The position numbers and the translations under genes were made by a program. Under the pieces are notes generated by a model. The model searched no databases. It had not been told where the DNA came from and was given only the letters and a program-made list of their open reading frames with translations. Shown here piece after piece: positions 1 through 16,166 of a DNA stretch of 64,000 nt (position 1 is its first letter; every line of letters begins with the position of its first letter). Where the stretch lies: positions 122,636,001 to 122,700,000 of the forward strand of contig OZ024741.1 in assembly GCA_964016885.1 (NCBI GenBank), written 5' to 3'. This DNA comes from Eledone cirrhosa (lineage: Eukaryota).

Positions 1-7
1 ACTCGAT

Positions 8-60
8 ATGCAAATTAGGCTGCTCAGCCGTTAATTTTCATAAGGAAAGTATATACTTTC
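8..60 (+). promoter_or_regulatory. Candidate promoter module in each monomer (octamer plus palindromic TATA-like site)
   Basis: ATGCAAAT at 8-15 and the 16-bp palindrome GAAAGTATATACTTTC at 45-60, 30-45 bp upstream of the HHR. Motif match only. Confidence 0.3.
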
Positions 61-89
61 GAACGTTCAACTATCTGGCAGAAGTGTAT

Positions 90-132
90 ACGGTGCTGAT
101 GATAGCTAAGAAGCTTGAAACTAGTACATCGT
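90..132 (+). ncRNA. Type I hammerhead ribozyme motif, first of ~82 array copies
   Basis: Stem I ACGGTG (90-95)/CATCGT (127-132); core CTGATGA (96-102); stem II AGCT-AAGA-AGCT closed by a U.U mismatch; GAAA (117-120); palindromic CTAG stem III loop; GUA cleavage triplet with predicted cut after 126. Confidence 0.8.
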
Positions 133-283
133 TCCTGTGTCAGTGTTGAACAAAAAGGTGACGTGGTTGCCTTAACACCGTACGGCATAAATTCAGGCTG
201 TCCGTTTTTTTTACAAACGGACAAAGCAGGCGTTATAATAAACGTCCACTAAACTGATATGTACATATATGTATGTGTACCTG

Positions 284-328
<45 letters not shown>

Positions 329-332
329 TATA

Positions 333-482
<150 letters not shown>

Positions 483-592
483 TGCTACTGTACGTCTGTA
501 TACATATATGTATGTTCGTATACATACATACAAAGCGGGAGTTATAATAAACGTCCGCTAAACTGATATGTACATATATGTATGTGTACCTG

Positions 593-714
<122 letters not shown>

Positions 715-925
715 TGCTACTTTACGTCTGTATACATATATGTATGTACGTATACATACATACTTACATTTAAGTAAGTGCCGTACTAAGAGGGAGAAAT
801 GAAATTTCGTATTCAATCTATTACAACTTATCGTTTTCGGTGCGCCTGGCCGACTGAACTCACTCGATATGCAAATTAGGCTGCTCAGCCGTTAATTTTC
901 ATAAGAAAAGTATATACTTTCGAAC

Positions 926-1012
926 GTTCAACCATCTGGCAGAAGGGTATACGGTGCTGATGATAGCTAAGAAGCTTGAAACTAGTACATCGTTCCTGTG
1001 TCAGTGTTGAAC
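926..1012 (+). ncRNA. Representative array hammerhead with extended, bulged stem I
   Basis: Core at 951-993. Stem I extends through AGGG/TCCT, CTGGCA/TGTCAG and GTTCAAC (926-932)/GTTGAAC (1006-1012), with a TAT bulge 6 bp from the core. Confidence 0.75.
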
Positions 1013-1143
1013 AAAAAGGTGACGTGGTTGCCTTAACACCGTACGGCATAAATCCAGGCTGTCCGTTTGTTTACAAACGGACAAAGCGGGCGTTATAATA
1101 AATGTCCGTTAAACTGATACGTACATATATGTATGTGTACCTG

Positions 1144-1234
<91 letters not shown>

Positions 1235-1292
1235 GTGCATGCTACTGTACGTCTGTATACATATATGTATGTACGTATACATACATACTTAC

Positions 1293-1334
<42 letters not shown>

Positions 1335-1337
<3 letters not shown>

Positions 1338-1450
1338 GTAATTACTCTAAGGCCCCAACTTATCGAGTGCTTTGCTAACTCATCATTTCATATAGGTAGG
1401 CCGAATGTACTTGCAAACCGCCAGAGATTCGATTTTACTATTTTCCAATT
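1335..1450. repeat. 115-bp secondary module flanked by (TA)n, first of 14 copies
   Basis: aatgtaattactctaaggcccc...tactattttccaatt at ~1335, 4270, 6993, 11604, 14506, 17252, 22550, 26106, 27435, 33582, 35767, 41978, 45235 and 50558. Confidence 0.95.
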
Positions 1451-1467
1451 ATATATATATATGTATG

Positions 1468-1567
<100 letters not shown>

Positions 1568-1996
1568 TGCTACTGTACCTCTGTATACATATATGTATGT
1601 TCGTATACATATATACTTACATTTAAGTAAGTGTCGTACTAAGAGTGAGAAATGAAATTTCGTTTTCATTCTATTACAACTTATTGTTTTCGGTGCGCCT
1701 GGCCGACTGAACTCACTCGATATGCAAATTAGGCTGCTCAGCCGTTAATTTTCATAAGGAAAGTATATACTTTCGAACGTTCAACCATCTGGCAGAAGGG
1801 TATACGGTGCTGATGATAGCTAAGAAGCTTGAAACTAGTTCATCGTTCCTGTGTCAGTGTTGAACAAAAAGGTGACGTGGTTGCCTTAACACAGTACGGC
1901 ATAAATTCAGGCTGTCCGTTTGTTTACAAACGGACAATGCGGGCGTTATGATAAACGTCCGCCAAACTGATACGTACATATATGTATGTGTACCTG

Positions 1997-2076
<80 letters not shown>

Positions 2077-2505
2077 TGCTACTGTACGTCTGTATACATA
2101 TATGTATGTACGTATACATACATACGTACATTTAAGTAAGTGCCGTACTAAGAGTGAGAAATGAAATTTCGTTTTCATTCTATTACAACTTATCGTTTTC
2201 GGTGCGCCTGGCCGACTGAACTCACTCGATATGCAAATTAGGCTGCTCAGCCGTTAATTTTCATAAGGAAAGTATATACTTTCGAACGTTCAATCATCTG
2301 GCAGAATGGTATACGGTGCTGATGATAGCTAAGTAGCATGAAACTAGTACATCGTTCCTGTGTCAGTGTTGAACAAAAAGGTGACGTGGTTGCATTAACA
2401 CCGTACAGCATAAATCTAGGCTGTCCGTTTGTTTACAAACGGACAAAGCGGGAGTTATAATAAACGTCCGCTAAACTGATATGTACATATATGTATGTGA
2501 ACCTG

Positions 2506-2571
<66 letters not shown>

Positions 2572-3002
2572 CATGCTACTGTACGTCTGTATACATATAT
2601 GTATGTACATATACATACATATTTACATTTAAGTAAGTGCCGTACTAAGGGTGAGAAATGAAATTTCGTTTTCATTCTATTACAACTTATCGTCTTCTGT
2701 GCGCCTGGCCGACTGAACTCACTCGATATGCAAATTAGGCTGCTCAGCCCTTAATTTTCATAAGGAAAGTATATACTTTCGAACGTTCAACCATCTGGCA
2801 GAAGGGTATACGGTGCTGATGATAGCTAAGAAGCTTGAAACTAGTACATCGTTCCTGTGTCAGTGTTGAACAAAAAGGTGACGTGGTTGCCTTAACACCG
2901 TACGGCATAAATCTAGGCTGTCCGTTTGTTTACAAACGGACAAAGCGGGCGTTATAATAAACGTCCGCTAAACTGATATGTACATATATGTATGTGTACC
3001 TG

Positions 3003-3090
<88 letters not shown>

Positions 3091-3519
3091 TGCTACTTTA
3101 CGTCTGTATACATATATGTATGTACGTATACATACATACTTACATTTAAGTAAGTGCCGTACTAAGAGTGAGAAATGAAATTTCGTATTCAATCTATTAC
3201 AACTTATCGTTTTCGGTGCGCCTGGCCGACTGAACTCACTCGATATGCAAATTAGGCTGCTCAGCCGTTAATTTTCATAAGAAAAGTATATACTTTCGAA
3301 AGTTCAACCTTCTGGCAGAAGGGTATACGGTGCTGATGATAGCTAAGAAGCTTGAAACTAGTACATCGTTCCTGTGTCAGTGTTGAACAAAAACGTGACG
3401 TGGTTGCCTTAATACCGTACGGCATAAATTCAGGCTGTCCGTTTGTTTACAAACGGACAATGCAGGCGTTATAATAAACGTCCGCTAAACTGATACGTAC
3501 ATATATGTATGTGTACCTG

Positions 3520-3590
<71 letters not shown>

Positions 3591-4022
3591 GCATGCTACT
3601 GTACGTCTGTATACATATATGTATGTACGTATACATACATACTTACATTTAAGTAAGTGCCATACTAAGAGTGAGAAATGTAATTTAGTTTTCATTCTAT
3701 TACAACTTATCGTTTTCGGTGCGCCTGGCCGACTGAACTCACTCGATATGCAAGTTAGGCTGCTCAGCCGTTAATTTTCATAAGAAAAGTATATACTTTC
3801 GAACGTTCAACCATCTGGCAGAAGGGTATACGGTGCTGATGATAGCTAAGAAGCTTGAAACTAGTACATCGTTCCGGTGTCAGTGTTGAACAAAAAGGTG
3901 ACGTGGTTGCCTTAACACCGTACGGCATAAATCCAGGCTGTCCGTTTGTTTACAAACGGACAAAGCGGGCGTTATAATAAATGTCCGTTAAACTGATACG
4001 TACATATATGTATGTGTACCTG

Positions 4023-4093
<71 letters not shown>

Positions 4094-4151
4094 GTGCATG
4101 CTACTGTACGTCTGTATACATATATGTATGTACGTATACATACGTACTTAC

Positions 4152-4270
<119 letters not shown>

Positions 4271-4402
4271 ATGTAATTACTCTAAGGCCCCAACTTATCG
4301 AGTGCTTTGCTAACTCATCATTTCATATAAGTAGGCCGAATGTACTTGCAAACCGCCAGAGATTCGATTTTACTATTTTCCAATTATATATATATATGTA
4401 TG

Positions 4403-4564
<162 letters not shown>

Positions 4565-4815
4565 GCATGCTACTGTACGTCTGTATACATATATGTATGT
4601 ACGTATACATACATACTTACATTTAAGTAAGTGCCGTACTAGTAAGCTTGAAACTAGTACATCGTTCCTGTGTCAGTGTTGAACAAAAAGGTGACGTGGT
4701 TGCATTAACACCGTACGGCATAAATTCAGGCTGTCCGTTGGTTTACAAACGGACTATGCGGGCGTTATAATAAACGTCCGCTAAACTGATACGTACATAT
4801 ATGTATGTGTACCTG

Positions 4816-4915
<100 letters not shown>

Positions 4916-5336
4916 TGCTACAGTACGTCTGTATACATATATGTATGTACGTATACTTACATTTAAGTAAGTGCCGTACTAAGAGTGAGAAATGAAATTT
5001 CGTTTTCATTCTATTACAACTTATCGTTTTCGGTACGCCTGGTCGACTGAACTCACTCCTTATGCAAATTAGGCTGCTCAGTCGTTAATTTTCATAAGGA
5101 AAGTATATACTTTCGAACGTTCAACCATTTGGCAGAAGGGTATATGGTGCTGATGATAGCTAAGAAGCTTGAAACTAGTACATCGTTCCTGTGTCAGTGT
5201 TGAACAAAAAGGTGACGTGGTTGCCTTAACACCGTACGGCATAAATCTAGGCTGTCCGTTTGTTTACAAACGGACAAAGCGGGCGTTATAATAAACGTCC
5301 GCTAAACTGATATGTACATATATGTATGTGTACCTG

Positions 5337-5386
<50 letters not shown>

Positions 5387-5817
5387 CATGCTACTGTACG
5401 TCTGTATACATATATGTATGTACATATACATACATATTTACATTTAAGTAAGTGCCGTACTAAGGGTGAGAAATGAAATTTCGTTTTCATTCTATTACAA
5501 CTTATCGTCTTCTGTGCGCCTGGCCGACTGAACTCACTCGATATGCAAATTAGGCTGCTCAGCCCTTAATTTTCATAAGGAAAGTATATACTTTCGAACG
5601 TTCAACCATCTGGCAGAAGGGTATACGGTGCTGATGATAGCTAAGAAGCTTGAAACTAGTACATCGTTCCTGTGTCAGTGTTGAACAAAAAGGTGACGTG
5701 GTTGCCTTAACACCGTACGGCATAAATCTAGGCTGTCCGTTTGTTTACAAACGGACAAAGCGGGCGTTATAATAAACGTCCGCTAAACTGATATGTACAT
5801 ATATGTATGTGTACCTG

Positions 5818-5911
<94 letters not shown>

Positions 5912-6340
5912 TGCTACTGTACCTCTGTATACATATATGTATGTACGTATACATACATACTTACATTTAAGTAAGTGCCGTACTAAGAGTGAGAAATGAA
6001 ATTTCGTATTCAATCTATTACAACTTATCGTTTTCGGTGCGCCTGGCCGACTGAACTCACTCGATATGCAAATTAGGCTGCTCAGCCGTTAATTTTCATA
6101 AGAAAAGTATATACTTTCGAAAGTTCAACCTTCTGGCAGAAGGGTATACGGTGCTGATGATAGCTAAGAAGCTTGAAACTAGTACATCGTTCCTGTGTCA
6201 GTGTTGAACAAAAAGGAGACGTGGTTGCCTTAATACCGTACGGCATAAATTCAGGCTGTCCGTTTGTTTACAAACGGACAATGCAGGCGTTATAATAAAC
6301 GTCCGCTAAACTGATACGTACATATATGTATGTGTACCTG

Positions 6341-6385
<45 letters not shown>

Positions 6386-6817
6386 GCTTGCTACTGTACG
6401 TCTGTATACATATATGTATGTACGTATACATACATACTTACATTTAAGTAAGTGCCATACTAAGAGTGAGAAATGTAATTTAGTTTTCATTCTATTACAA
6501 CTTATCGTTTTCGGTGCGCCTGGCCGTCTGAACTCACTCGATATGCAAGTTAGGCTGCTCAGCCGTTAATTTTCATAAGAAAAGTATATACTTTCGAACG
6601 TTCAACCATCCGGCAGAAGGGTATACGGTGCTGATGATAGCTAAGAAGCTTGAAACTAGTACATCGTTCCGGTGTCAGTGTTGAACAAAAAGGTGACGTG
6701 GTTGCCTTAACACCGTACGGCATAAATCCAGGCTGTCCGTTTGTTTACAAACGGACAAAGCGGGCGTTATAATAAATGTCCGTTAAACTGATACGTACAT
6801 ATATGTATGTGTACCTG

Positions 6818-6870
<53 letters not shown>

Positions 6871-6928
6871 GTGCATGCTACTGTACGTCTGTATACATAC
6901 ATGTATGTACGTATACATACGTACTTAC

Positions 6929-6995
<67 letters not shown>

Positions 6996-7125
6996 GTAAT
7001 TACTCTAAGGCCCCAACTTATCGAGTGCTTTGCTAACTCATCATTTCATATAAGTAGGCCGAATATACTTGCAAACCGCCAGAGATTCGATTTTACTATT
7101 TTCCAATTATATATATATATGTATG

Positions 7126-7266
<141 letters not shown>

Positions 7267-7517
7267 GCATGCTACTGTACGTCTGTATACATATATGTAT
7301 GTACGTATACATACATACTTACATTTAAGTAAGTGCCGTACTAGTAAGCTTGAAACTAGTACATCGTTCCTGTGTCAGTGTTGAACAAAAAGGTGACGAG
7401 GTTGCCTTAACACCGTACGGCATAAATTCAGGCTGTCCGTTTGTTTACGAACGGACAATGCGGGCGTTATAATAAACGTCCGCTAAACTGATACGTACAT
7501 ATATGTATGTGTACCTG

Positions 7518-7595
<78 letters not shown>

Positions 7596-8022
7596 CTACT
7601 GTACGTCTGTATACATATATGTATGTACGTATACATACATACTTACATTTAAGTAAGTGCCGTACTAAGAGTGAGAAATGAAATTTCGTTTTCATTCTAT
7701 TACAACTTATCGTTTTCTGTGCGCCTGGCCGACTGAACTCACTCGATATGCAAATTAGGCTGCTCAGCCGTTAATTTTCATAAGGAATGTATATACTTTC
7801 GAACGTTCAACAATCTGGCAGAAGGGTATACGGTGCTGATGATAGCTAAGAAGCTTGAAACTAGTACATCGTTCCTGTGTCAGTGTTGAACAAAAAGGTG
7901 ACGTGGTTGCCTTAACACCGTACGGCATAAATCTAGGCTGTCCGTTTGTTTACGAACGGACAAAGCGGGCGTTATAATAAACGTCCGCTAAACTGATACG
8001 TACATATATGTATGTGTACCTG

Positions 8023-8096
<74 letters not shown>

Positions 8097-8528
8097 TGCT
8101 ACTGTACATCTGTATACATATATGCATGTACGTATACATACATACTTACATTTAAGTAAGTGCCATACTAAGAGTGAAAAATGAAATTTCGTTTTCATTC
8201 TATTACAACTTATCGTTTTCGGTGCGCCTGGCCGACTGAACTCACTCGATATGCAAATTAGGCTGCTCAGCCGTTAATTTTCATAAGAAAAGTATATACT
8301 TTCGAACGTTCAACCATCTGCAGAAGGGTATACGGTGCTGATGATAGCTAAGAAGTTTGAAACTAGTACATCGTTCCTGTGACAGTGTTGAACAAAAAGG
8401 TGACGTGGTTGCCTTAATACCGTACGGCATAAATTCAGGCTGTCCGTTTGTTTACAAACGGACAAATCAGGCGTTATAATAAACGTCCACTAAATTGATA
8501 TGTACATATATGTATGTGTACCTGTATG

Positions 8529-8608
<80 letters not shown>

Positions 8609-9026
8609 TGCTACAGTACGTCTGTATACATATATGTATGTACGTATACTTACATTTAAGTAAGTGCCGTACTAAGAGTGAGAAATGAAATTTCGTTTTC
8701 ATTCTATTACAACTTATCGTTTTCTGTGCGCCTGGCCGACTGAACTCACTCGATATGCAAATTAGGCTGCTCAGCCGTTAATTTTCATAAGGAAAGTATA
8801 TACTTTCGAACGTTCAACCATCTGGCAGAAGGGTATACGGTGCTGATGATAGCTAAGAAGCTTGAAACTAGTACATCGTTCCTGTGTCAGTGTTGAACAA
8901 AAAGGTGACGTGGTTGCCTTAACACCGTACGGCATAAATCTAGGCTGTCAGTTTGTTTACAAACGGACAAAGCGGGCGTTATAATAAACGTCCGCTAAAC
9001 TGATATGTACATATATGTATGTGTAC

Positions 9027-9077
<51 letters not shown>

Positions 9078-9517
9078 ATATATATGCATGCTACTGTACG
9101 TCTGTATACATATATGTATGTACGTATACATACATACTTACATTTAAGTAAGTGCCGTACTAAGAGTGAGAAATGAAATTTCGTTTTCATTCTATTACAA
9201 CTTATCGTTTTCGGTACGCCTGGTCGACTGAACTCACTCCTTATGCAAATTAGGCTGCTCAGTCGTTAATTTTCATAAGGAAAGTATATACTTTCGAACG
9301 TTCAACCATTTGGCAGAAGGGTATATGGTGCTGATGATAGCTAAGAAGCTTGAAACTAGTACATCGTTCCTGTGTCAGTGTTGAACAAAAAGGTGACGTG
9401 GTTGCCTTAACACCGTACGGCATAAATCTAGGCTGTCCGTTTGTTTACAAACGGACAAAGCGGGCGTTATAATAAACGTCCGCTAAACTGATATGTACAT
9501 ATATGTATGTGTACCTG

Positions 9518-9611
<94 letters not shown>

Positions 9612-10040
9612 TGCTACTGTACGTCTGTATACATATATGTATGTACATATACATACATATTTACATTTAAGTAAGTGCCGTACTAAGGGTGAGAAATGAA
9701 ATTTCGTTTTCATTCTATTACAACTTATCGTTTTCTGTGCGCCTCGCCGACTGAACTCACTCGATATGCAAATTAGGCTGCTCAGCCGTTAATTTTCATA
9801 AGGGATGTATATACTTTCGAACGATCAACAATCTGGCAGAAGGGTATACGGTGCTGATGATAGCTAAGAAGCTTGAAACTAGTGCATCGTTCCTGTGTCA
9901 GTGTTGAACAAAAAGGTGACGTGGTTGCCTTAACACCGTACGGCATAAATTCAGGCTGTCCGTTTGTTTACAAACGGACAATGCGGGCGTTATAATAAAC
10001 GTCCGCTAAACTGATACGTACATATATGTATGTGTACCTG

Positions 10041-10172
<132 letters not shown>

Positions 10173-10602
10173 TGCTACTGTACGTCTGTTTACATATATG
10201 TATGTACGTATACATACATACTTACATTTAAGTAAGTGCCGTACTAACAGTGAGAAATGAAATTTCGTTATCATTCTATTACAACTTATCGTTTTCTGTG
10301 CGCCTGGCCGACTGAACTCACTCGATATGCAAATTAGGCTGCTCAGCCGTTAATTTTCATAAGGAAAGTATATACTTTCGAACGTTCAACTATCTGGCAG
10401 AAGTGTATACGGTGCTGATGATAGCTAAGAAGCTTGAAACTAGTACATCGTTCCTGTGTCAGTGTTGAACAAAAAGGTGACGTGGTTGCCTTAACACCGT
10501 ACGGCATAAATTCAGGCTGTCCGTTCTTTTTACAAACGGACAAAGCAGGCGTTATAATAAACGTCCACTAAACTGATATGTACATATATGTATGTGTACC
10601 TG

Positions 10603-10786
<184 letters not shown>

Positions 10787-10896
10787 TGCTACTGTACGTC
10801 TGTATACATATATGTATGTTCGTATACATACATACAAAGCGGGAGTTATAATAAACGTCCGCTAAACTGATATGTACATATATGTATGTGTACCTG

Positions 10897-10980
<84 letters not shown>

Positions 10981-11411
10981 TGCTACTTTACGTCTGTATA
11001 CATATATGTATGTACGTATACATACATACTTACATTTAAGTAAGTGCCGTACTAAGAGGGAGAAATGAAATTTCGTATTCAATCTATTACAACTTATCTC
11101 GTTTTCGGTGCGCCTGGCCGACTGAACTCACTCGATATGCAAATTAGGCTGCTCAGCCGTTAATTTTCATAAGAAAAGTATATACTTTCGAACGTTCAAC
11201 CATCTGGCAGAAGGGTATACGGTGCTGATGATAGCTAAGAAGCTTGAAACTAGTACATCGTTCCTGTGTCAGTGTTGAACAAAAAGGTGACGTGGTTGCC
11301 TTAACACCGTACGGCATAAATCCAGGCTGTCCGTTTGTTTACAAACGGACAAAGCGGGCGTTATAATAAATGTCCGTTAAACTGATACGTACATATATGT
11401 ATGTGTACCTG

Positions 11412-11504
<93 letters not shown>

Positions 11505-11562
11505 GTGCATGCTACTGTACGTCTGTATACATATATGTATGTACGTATACATACATACTTAC

Positions 11563-11607
<45 letters not shown>

Positions 11608-11737
11608 GTAATTACTCTAAGGCCCCAACTTATCGAGTGCTTTGCTAACTCATCATTTCATATAGGTAGGCCGAATGTACTTGCAAACCGCCAGAGATTC
11701 GATTTTACTATTTTCCAATTATATATATATATGTATG

Positions 11738-11835
<98 letters not shown>

Positions 11836-12264
11836 TGCTACTGTACCTCTGTATACATATATGTATGTTCGTATACATATATACTTACATTTAAGTAAGT
11901 GTCGTACTAAGAGTGAGAAATGAAATTTCGTTTTCATTCTATTACAACTTATTGTTTTCGGTGCGCCTGGCCGACTGAACTCACTCGATATGCAAATTAG
12001 GCTGCTCAGCCGTTAATTTTCATAAGGAAAGTATATACTTTCGAACGTTCAACCATCTGGCAGAAGGGTATACGGTGCTGATGATAGCTAAGAAGCTTGA
12101 AACTAGTTCATCGTTCCTGTGTCAGTGTTGAACAAAAAGGTGACGTGGTTGCCTTAACACAGTACGGCATAAATTCAGGCTGTCCGTTTGTTTACAAACG
12201 GACAATGCGGGCGTTATGATAAACGTCCGCCAAACTGATACGTACATATATGTATGTGTACCTG

Positions 12265-12338
<74 letters not shown>

Positions 12339-12767
12339 TGCTACTGTACGTCTGTATACATATATGTATGTACGTATACATACATACGTACATTTAAGTA
12401 AGTGCCGTACTAAGAGTGAGAAATGAAATTTCGTTTTCATTCTATTACAACTTATCGTTTTCGGTGCGCCTGGCCGACTGAACTCACTCGATATGCAAAT
12501 TAGGCTGCTCAGCCGTTAATTTTCATAAGGAAAGTATATACTTTCGAACGTTCAATCATCTGGCAGAAGGGTATACGGTGCTGATGATAGCTAAGTAGCA
12601 TGAAACTAGTACATCGTTCCTGTGTCAGTGTTGAACAAAAAGGTGACGTGGTTGCATTAACACCGTACAGCATAAATCTAGGCTGTCCGTTTGTTTACAA
12701 ACGGACAAAGCGGGAGTTATAATAAACGTCCGCTAAACTGATATGTACATATATGTATGTGTACCTG

Positions 12768-12835
<68 letters not shown>

Positions 12836-13266
12836 CATGCTACTGTACGTCTGTATACATATATGTATGTACATATACATACATATTTACATTTAAGTAA
12901 GTGCCGTACTAAGGGTGAGAAATGAAATTTCGTTTTCATTCTATTACAACTTATCGTCTTCTGTGCGCCTGGCCGACTGAACTCACTCGATATGCAAATT
13001 AGGCTGCTCAGCCCTTAATTTTCATAAGGAAAGTATATACTTTCGAACGTTCAACCATCTGGCAGAAGGGTATACGGTGCTGATGATAGCTAAGAAGCTT
13101 GAAACTAGTACATCGTTCCTGTGTCAGTGTTGAACAAAAAGGTGACGTGGTTGCCTTAACACCGTACGGCATAAATCTAGGCTGTCCGTTTGTTTACAAA
13201 CGGACAAAGCGGGCGTTATAATAAACGTCCGCTAAACTGATATGTACATATATGTATGTGTACCTG

Positions 13267-13346
<80 letters not shown>

Positions 13347-13775
13347 TGCTACTTTACGTCTGTATACATATATGTATGTACGTATACATACATACTTACA
13401 TTTAAGTAAGTGCCGTACTAAGAGTGAGAAATGAAATTTCGTATTCAATCTATTACAACTTATCGTTTTCGGTGCGCCTGGCCGACTGAACTCACTCGAT
13501 ATGCAAATTAGGCTGCTCAGCCGTTAATTTTCATAAGAAAAGTATATACTTTCGAAAGTTCAACCTTCTGGCAGAAGGGTATACGGTGCTGATGATAGCT
13601 AAGAAGCTTGAAACTAGTACATCGTTCCTGTGTCAGTGTTGAACAAAAACGTGACGTGGTTGCCTTAATACCGTACGGCATAAATTCAGGCTGTCCGTTT
13701 GTTTACAAACGGACAATGCAGGCGTTATAATAAACGTCCGCTAAACTGATACGTACATATATGTATGTGTACCTG

Positions 13776-13846
<71 letters not shown>

Positions 13847-14278
13847 GCATGCTACTGTACGTCTGTATACATATATGTATGTACGTATACATACATACTT
13901 ACATTTAAGTAAGTGCCATACTAAGAGTGAGAAATGTAATTTAGTTTTCATTCTATTACAACTTATCGTTTTCGGTGCGCCTGGCCGACTGAACTCACTC
14001 GATATGCAAGTTAGGCTGCTCAGCCGTTAATTTTCATAAGAAAAGTATATACTTTCGAACGTTCAACCATCTGGCAGAAGGGTATACGGTGCTGATGATA
14101 GCTAAGAAGCTTGAAACTAGTACATCGTTCCGGTGTCAGTGTTGAACAAAAAGGTGACGTGGTTGCCTTAACACCGTACGGCATAAATCCAGGCTGTCCG
14201 TTTGTTTACAAACGGACAAAGCGGGCGTTATAATAAATGTCCGTTAAACTGATACGTATATATATGTATGTGTACCTG

Positions 14279-14343
<65 letters not shown>

Positions 14344-14401
14344 GTGCATGCTACTGTACGTCTGTATACATATATGTATGTACGTATACATACGTACTTA
14401 C

Positions 14402-14506
<105 letters not shown>

Positions 14507-14638
14507 ATGTAATTACTCTAAGGCCCCAACTTATCGAGTGCTTTGCTAACTCATCATTTCATATAAGTAGGCCGAATGTACTTGCAAACCGCCAGAGATT
14601 CGATTTTACTATTTTCCAATTATATATATATATGTATG

Positions 14639-14771
<133 letters not shown>

Positions 14772-15022
14772 GCATGCTACTGTACGTCTGTATACATATA
14801 TGTATGTACGTATACATACATACTTACATTTAAGTAAGTGCCGTACTAGTAAGCTTGAAACTAGTACATCGTTCCTGTGTCAGTGTTGAACAAAAAGGTG
14901 ACGTGGTTGCATTAACACCGTACGGCATAAATTCAGGCTGTCCGTTGGTTTACAAACGGACTATGCGGGCGTTATAATAAACGTCCGCTAAACTGATACG
15001 TACATATATGTATGTGTACCTG

Positions 15023-15128
<106 letters not shown>

Positions 15129-15549
15129 TGCTACAGTACGTCTGTATACATATATGTATGTACGTATACTTACATTTAAGTAAGTGCCGTACTAAGAGTG
15201 AGAAATGAAATTTCGTTTTCATTCTATTACAACTTATCGTTTTCGGTACGCCTGGTCGACTGAACTCACTCCTTATGCAAATTAGGCTGCTCAGTCGTTA
15301 ATTTTCATAAGGAAAGTATATACTTTCGAACGTTCAACCATTTGGCAGAAGGGTATATGGTGCTGATGATAGCTAAGAAGCTTGAAACTAGTACATCGTT
15401 CCTGTGTCAGTGTTGAACAAAAAGGTGACGTGGTTGCCTTAACACCGTACGGCATAAATCTAGGCTGTCCGTTTGTTTACAAACGGACAAAGCGGGCGTT
15501 ATAATAAACGTCCGCTAAACTGATATGTACATATATGTATGTGTACCTG

Positions 15550-15637
<88 letters not shown>

Positions 15638-16072
15638 CATGCATGCTACTGTACGTCTGTATACATATATGTATGTACATATACATACATATTTACATTT
15701 AAGTAAGTGCCGTACTAAGGGTGAGAAATGAAATTTCGTTTTCATTCTATTACAACTTATCGTCTTCTGTGCGCCTGGCCGACTGAACTCACTCGATATG
15801 CAAATTAGGCTGCTCAGCCCTTAATTTTCATAAGGAAAGTATATACTTTCGAACGTTCAACCATCTGGCAGAAGGGTATACGGTGCTGATGATAGCTAAG
15901 AAGCTTGAAACTAGTACATCGTTCCTGTGTCAGTGTTGAACAAAAAGGTGACGTGGTTGCCTTAACACCGTACGGCATAAATCTAGGCTGTCCGTTTGTT
16001 TACAAACGGACAAAGCGGGCGTTATAATAAACGTCCGCTAAACTGATATGTACATATATGTATGTGTACCTG

Positions 16073-16166
<94 letters not shown>

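Noticed and set aside
1360-1395. Minus-strand ATGATGAG...CTCGATA in the 115-bp module as a second hammerhead or snoRNA box C
   Set aside because: Lacks C3 and GAAA, has no convincing stems I/III and no box D.
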